64,000 bases of DNA from Candidatus Multivorans sp. (lineage in GTDB: Bacteria > Acidobacteriota > Thermoanaerobaculia > Multivoradales > Multivoraceae): NCBI GenBank assembly GCA_965224025.1, contig OZ245033.1, forward strand, positions 2,560,001 to 2,624,000, read 5' to 3'. Under the pieces are notes generated by a model. That model made no database searches, was not told the origin of the DNA, and saw only the letters and a program-made list of their open reading frames with translations. Shown in pieces: positions 61,165 through 64,000 of this stretch; positions within the stretch are counted from its first letter, which is position 1; each line of letters starts with the position of its first letter. The position numbers and the translations under genes are program-made.

Positions 61165-63575
61165 GCGTTGCACCAGCGGACCATCTCCGCGACCACGTGC
61201 AACACGGACTCCCGCGCCGCGTAGCCGTGGGATTCATGGGGCAGGGTGACGTAGCGCACCGCGGCGCCGTGGCCCTTCAGGGCCTGGTAGAAGCGCTCGG
61301 ACTGCATCGGGAAGGTCCCCGAGTTGTTGTCGATCTCGCCGTGGAGTAGGAGGATCGGCTCGTTCACCTTCTCGGCGTGGAAGAAGGGCGACATGGCCGC
61401 GTAGATGTGCTGGGCCTCCCAGAAGGTCCGGCGTTCGTTCTGGAAGCCAAAGGGTGTTAGCGAGCGGTTGTAGGCGCCGCTGCGGGCGATGCCGGCGGCG
61501 AAGAGGTCGGAGTGGGCGAGCAGGTTGGCGGTCATGAAGGCGCCGTAGCTGTGGCCTCCGACGGCGATCCGGTTGCGGTCGGCGACGCCGAGTTCGACGG
61601 CCTTGTCGATGGCCGCCGCCGCGCTGGCGACGAGCTGTTCGACGTAGGTGTCGTTGGCCGTCTCTCCCTCGCCGACGATCGGCATCGTTGGCCCGTCCAG
61701 GATCGCGTAGCCCTGGGTGAGGAGAAGCAGGTGCGTCGCGCCCCGCGGCCGGGTGAATCGGTGGGGCGAACCGCTGACCTGGCTGGCGGCGTCGGGATTC
61801 GTGTACTCGCGGGGATAGGCCCAGAGCAGCATCGGCGGCCTGTCGCCCTCGCGGTGGCCAGGCGGCAGGTAGAGAGTGGCGGAGAGGCCGGTGCCATCGG
61901 CGCGCTTGTAGGTGATGAGGCGCTTCTCGATCTGACGCAGGATGGGCGCCGGGTCGGTGAAGTCGGTCAGCGCCTTCCTGGCGCCGTTGGCCGTGTTGCG
62001 CACGAAGTAGTTCGGAGGCTCCGTTTTGCTCTCGCGGCGGGTGAGCAGTGTCCTGCCGTCGTCCGCGAGAACCGCGACCACGGTCTCGTAGGTCTCGGGT
62101 TCGGTGTGGAAGAGCCGCTTTGTCTCCAACGTCCGCAAGTCGAGCCGGTCGATGAACGGCCGGTCGCCTTCGGGCGATGCGCCGGCGCCGCTCAGGTAGA
62201 TCGAGTGCCCGTCCTGCAGAAGAGTGGCGCCGGCGGTTCCGCCGCCGGGGCGGCGGACCGGGAAGCCCGGATCGCCGTAGCGGTCCTCGGCGCTGCGATC
62301 GAACAGCGGCCGCGGCTCGTCGCCGCCGACGTCGAGCAGGGCGGTGCGGGTCCAGCGGGTCGGGCGGTCGTACTCGTTGACCAGCGCGGTGCCGTCGGCG
62401 GTCCAGGAGATGCCGCGGAACCGGTACTCGGTGCGGGTCAGTTCGCGCGGCTCGCCGTCGAAGGGCGCGGCGAGGGAGTAGACGTAGTCGCGATGCGGGA
62501 CATCGGCCTTCGGATCGCCGCCGTCCTGCGCTTCGCTCCAGACCAGGGTTGCCGGTTCGGTGGGATTCCATCGGTGGCCCCGGGGTCCTGTGGGAACACC
62601 GCCGATCGGTACGGCGTCCGCGAGAGGCAGCGTCGCGATGGTGGTCGCGCCGCCGTCGCGCGTCCAGACCTCCACCGAGCGGGCGAAGCGGTTGGCCGGG
62701 TGCAACCACGAGAACGGACGCTGCAGGCGCTCGACCAGCACGTGCCGACTGTCCGGCGCGGCCGAGACGCGGGCGTAGAGGCCCGGTTCGCCGATCGCCG
62801 TTCGGGCCCCCGTGGCCAGATCGACAGTCTTGAGCTGACTCGTGAAGTGGTACTCGAACAGGGCTTCGTCGTAGGGGTTGCTCAGCAGGTCCTGGTAGGT
62901 GCGCACCGGCGCGGCGCGTCCGTCCGCGTGTTCCTGGATGTTCGGGCCGTTCGGTTGGCGCGGCGGCGCTTCCGGCGTTCCGCGGGCGGCTCGCCGGAAG
63001 CGGCAGAGCACGCCGGTCGAGTCGAAGAGCCATTGGCAGGGGTTGCCCCAGGTGGCGTTGAGCGACGCGACGGTCAGCGGCCGCGGGCGGCCAGTCGCCA
63101 GGTCAACTGCCCAGAGTTCGATCCCGGTGTCTCGGAGGACCGCGTAGGAGAGGTGCGAGCCATCCGGAGAGAATTCCGGCCAGCCGAGGGTCGTGCCTCG
63201 CGGCGCGTCGATACGCACGCCATCGTCGCCGGCGCCCGCTTCGTTGACGACAGCGTCGAGGCGGCGGATCGTCAGCGCCGCAATCTCCGGCGCCCGCCAG
63301 GGGCCGCTGTTCCGCGGATCGATCCGGTAGCCGGCCAACCGTTCCAGCGGCCGCGCCAGCCACCCGATCGGCGGCATGCTCCGCTGCTCGATCAGCATGA
63401 TCACGTCGCGCGTCGGTCCGACGAGAACGCCTGGCGTCGGCGGTGCGTCGAGAATGTCGACGATCTCCCGCGGGGGTGTGAGATAGCCGTTTTCAGCGAC
63501 GCCGGCCTGGGCGGCAGCCGAAGCGCTGGCCGCAAACAGGATGGCCGGCAAGGTGACGACGGTAGTGAGCTTCAT
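61125..63575 (-). CDS. S9-family (prolyl oligopeptidase-like) serine peptidase, secreted
   Basis: GGHSYG, ARSGAYNR, HGEIDNN, ESHGY. Confidence 0.9.
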   Translation of the reverse strand: MKLTTVVTLPAILFAASASAAAQAGVAENGYLTPPREIVDILDAPPTPGVLVGPTRDVIMLIEQRSMPPIGWLARPLERLAGYRIDPRNSGPWRAPEIAALTIRRLDAVVNEAGAGDDGVRIDAPRGTTLGWPEFSPDGSHLSYAVLRDTGIELWAVDLATGRPRPLTVASLNATWGNPCQWLFDSTGVLCRFRRAARGTPEAPPRQPNGPNIQEHADGRAAPVRTYQDLLSNPYDEALFEYHFTSQLKTVDLATGARTAIGEPGLYARVSAAPDSRHVLVERLQRPFSWLHPANRFARSVEVWTRDGGATTIATLPLADAVPIGGVPTGPRGHRWNPTEPATLVWSEAQDGGDPKADVPHRDYVYSLAAPFDGEPRELTRTEYRFRGISWTADGTALVNEYDRPTRWTRTALLDVGGDEPRPLFDRSAEDRYGDPGFPVRRPGGGTAGATLLQDGHSIYLSGAGASPEGDRPFIDRLDLRTLETKRLFHTEPETYETVVAVLADDGRTLLTRRESKTEPPNYFVRNTANGARKALTDFTDPAPILRQIEKRLITYKRADGTGLSATLYLPPGHREGDRPPMLLWAYPREYTNPDAASQVSGSPHRFTRPRGATHLLLLTQGYAILDGPTMPIVGEGETANDTYVEQLVASAAAAIDKAVELGVADRNRIAVGGHSYGAFMTANLLAHSDLFAAGIARSGAYNRSLTPFGFQNERRTFWEAQHIYAAMSPFFHAEKVNEPILLLHGEIDNNSGTFPMQSERFYQALKGHGAAVRYVTLPHESHGYAARESVLHVVAEMVRWCNAYLGEGRKARTSK

Positions 63576-63705
63576 GACGGGTTCCTCATCGGTAGTCGCG
63601 GAGCATTATCGTCCATCGCCTGTTGCCGGATCCGTCCCTTGACCCAACTGGAGAAACTGGTCTAAGGTGGACCACATTGGTGAGGAACCCCTGAGGAGAG
63701 TCCCC

Positions 63706-64000
63706 ATGGCCATTGGCCCCGATTCTGAACGAGCTTGGACCATCGCTGAGGCCAAGGCGCGACTGTCGGAGATTCTTCGCCTCGCGGAGGAGGAAGGGCC
63801 CCAACAGATCGGCAAGCGCAACACGTTCGTCGTCGTTCCGAAGCGCGAGTGGGAGCGCCGCTCGACGCCGCAGAAGCCGCTGGGCCAGTGGTTGGTGGAG
63901 AACATGCCTCGTGGCATCGAACTAGAGCTTCCCGACCGGAAGAACGAGCCGGAGCGGGAGATTCCCTTCCAGACCGACGACTGGGATTGGGAGAACTGGG
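63706..64000 (+). CDS. Phd/YefM-family antitoxin, partial at window end (absent from ORF track)
   Basis: WTIAEAKARLSEILRLAEEEGPQQI; GAGGAG upstream; tggtc/gacca inverted repeat at 63658-63674. Confidence 0.8.
   Translation, partial: MAIGPDSERAWTIAEAKARLSEILRLAEEEGPQQIGKRNTFVVVPKREWERRSTPQKPLGQWLVENMPRGIELELPDRKNEPEREIPFQTDDWDWENW

Overview
GC-rich bacterial window that alternates housekeeping/periplasmic genes with accessory DNA; the secreted spondin/FN3/PKD and PQQ-propeller proteins suggest an Acidobacteriota-like, possibly host-associated organism (inference only). Main items: (1) three nested insertion sequences (IS3 inside ISL3 inside IS630) at 1809-5593 inside a small secreted-protein gene, with every TIR and target duplication readable and every interrupted ORF rejoining in frame; (2) a ~7 kb defence-like island between modA and modBC carrying a ClpP-fold protease plus small partner and a deletion-damaged PLD-SNF2 helicase/adenine methyltransferase pair; (3) an apparently intact four-gene Druantia-type locus (druA, 941-aa gene, druD-like, druE) bracketed by a 30-bp inverted repeat; (4) a family of palindromic repeats, one copy of which lies in frame inside a haloalkane dehalogenase gene; (5) about ten truncated or frameshifted genes and three toxin-antitoxin loci. 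No rRNA, tRNA or true CRISPR array was seen. All family assignments are from motif recognition by eye, not database searches.
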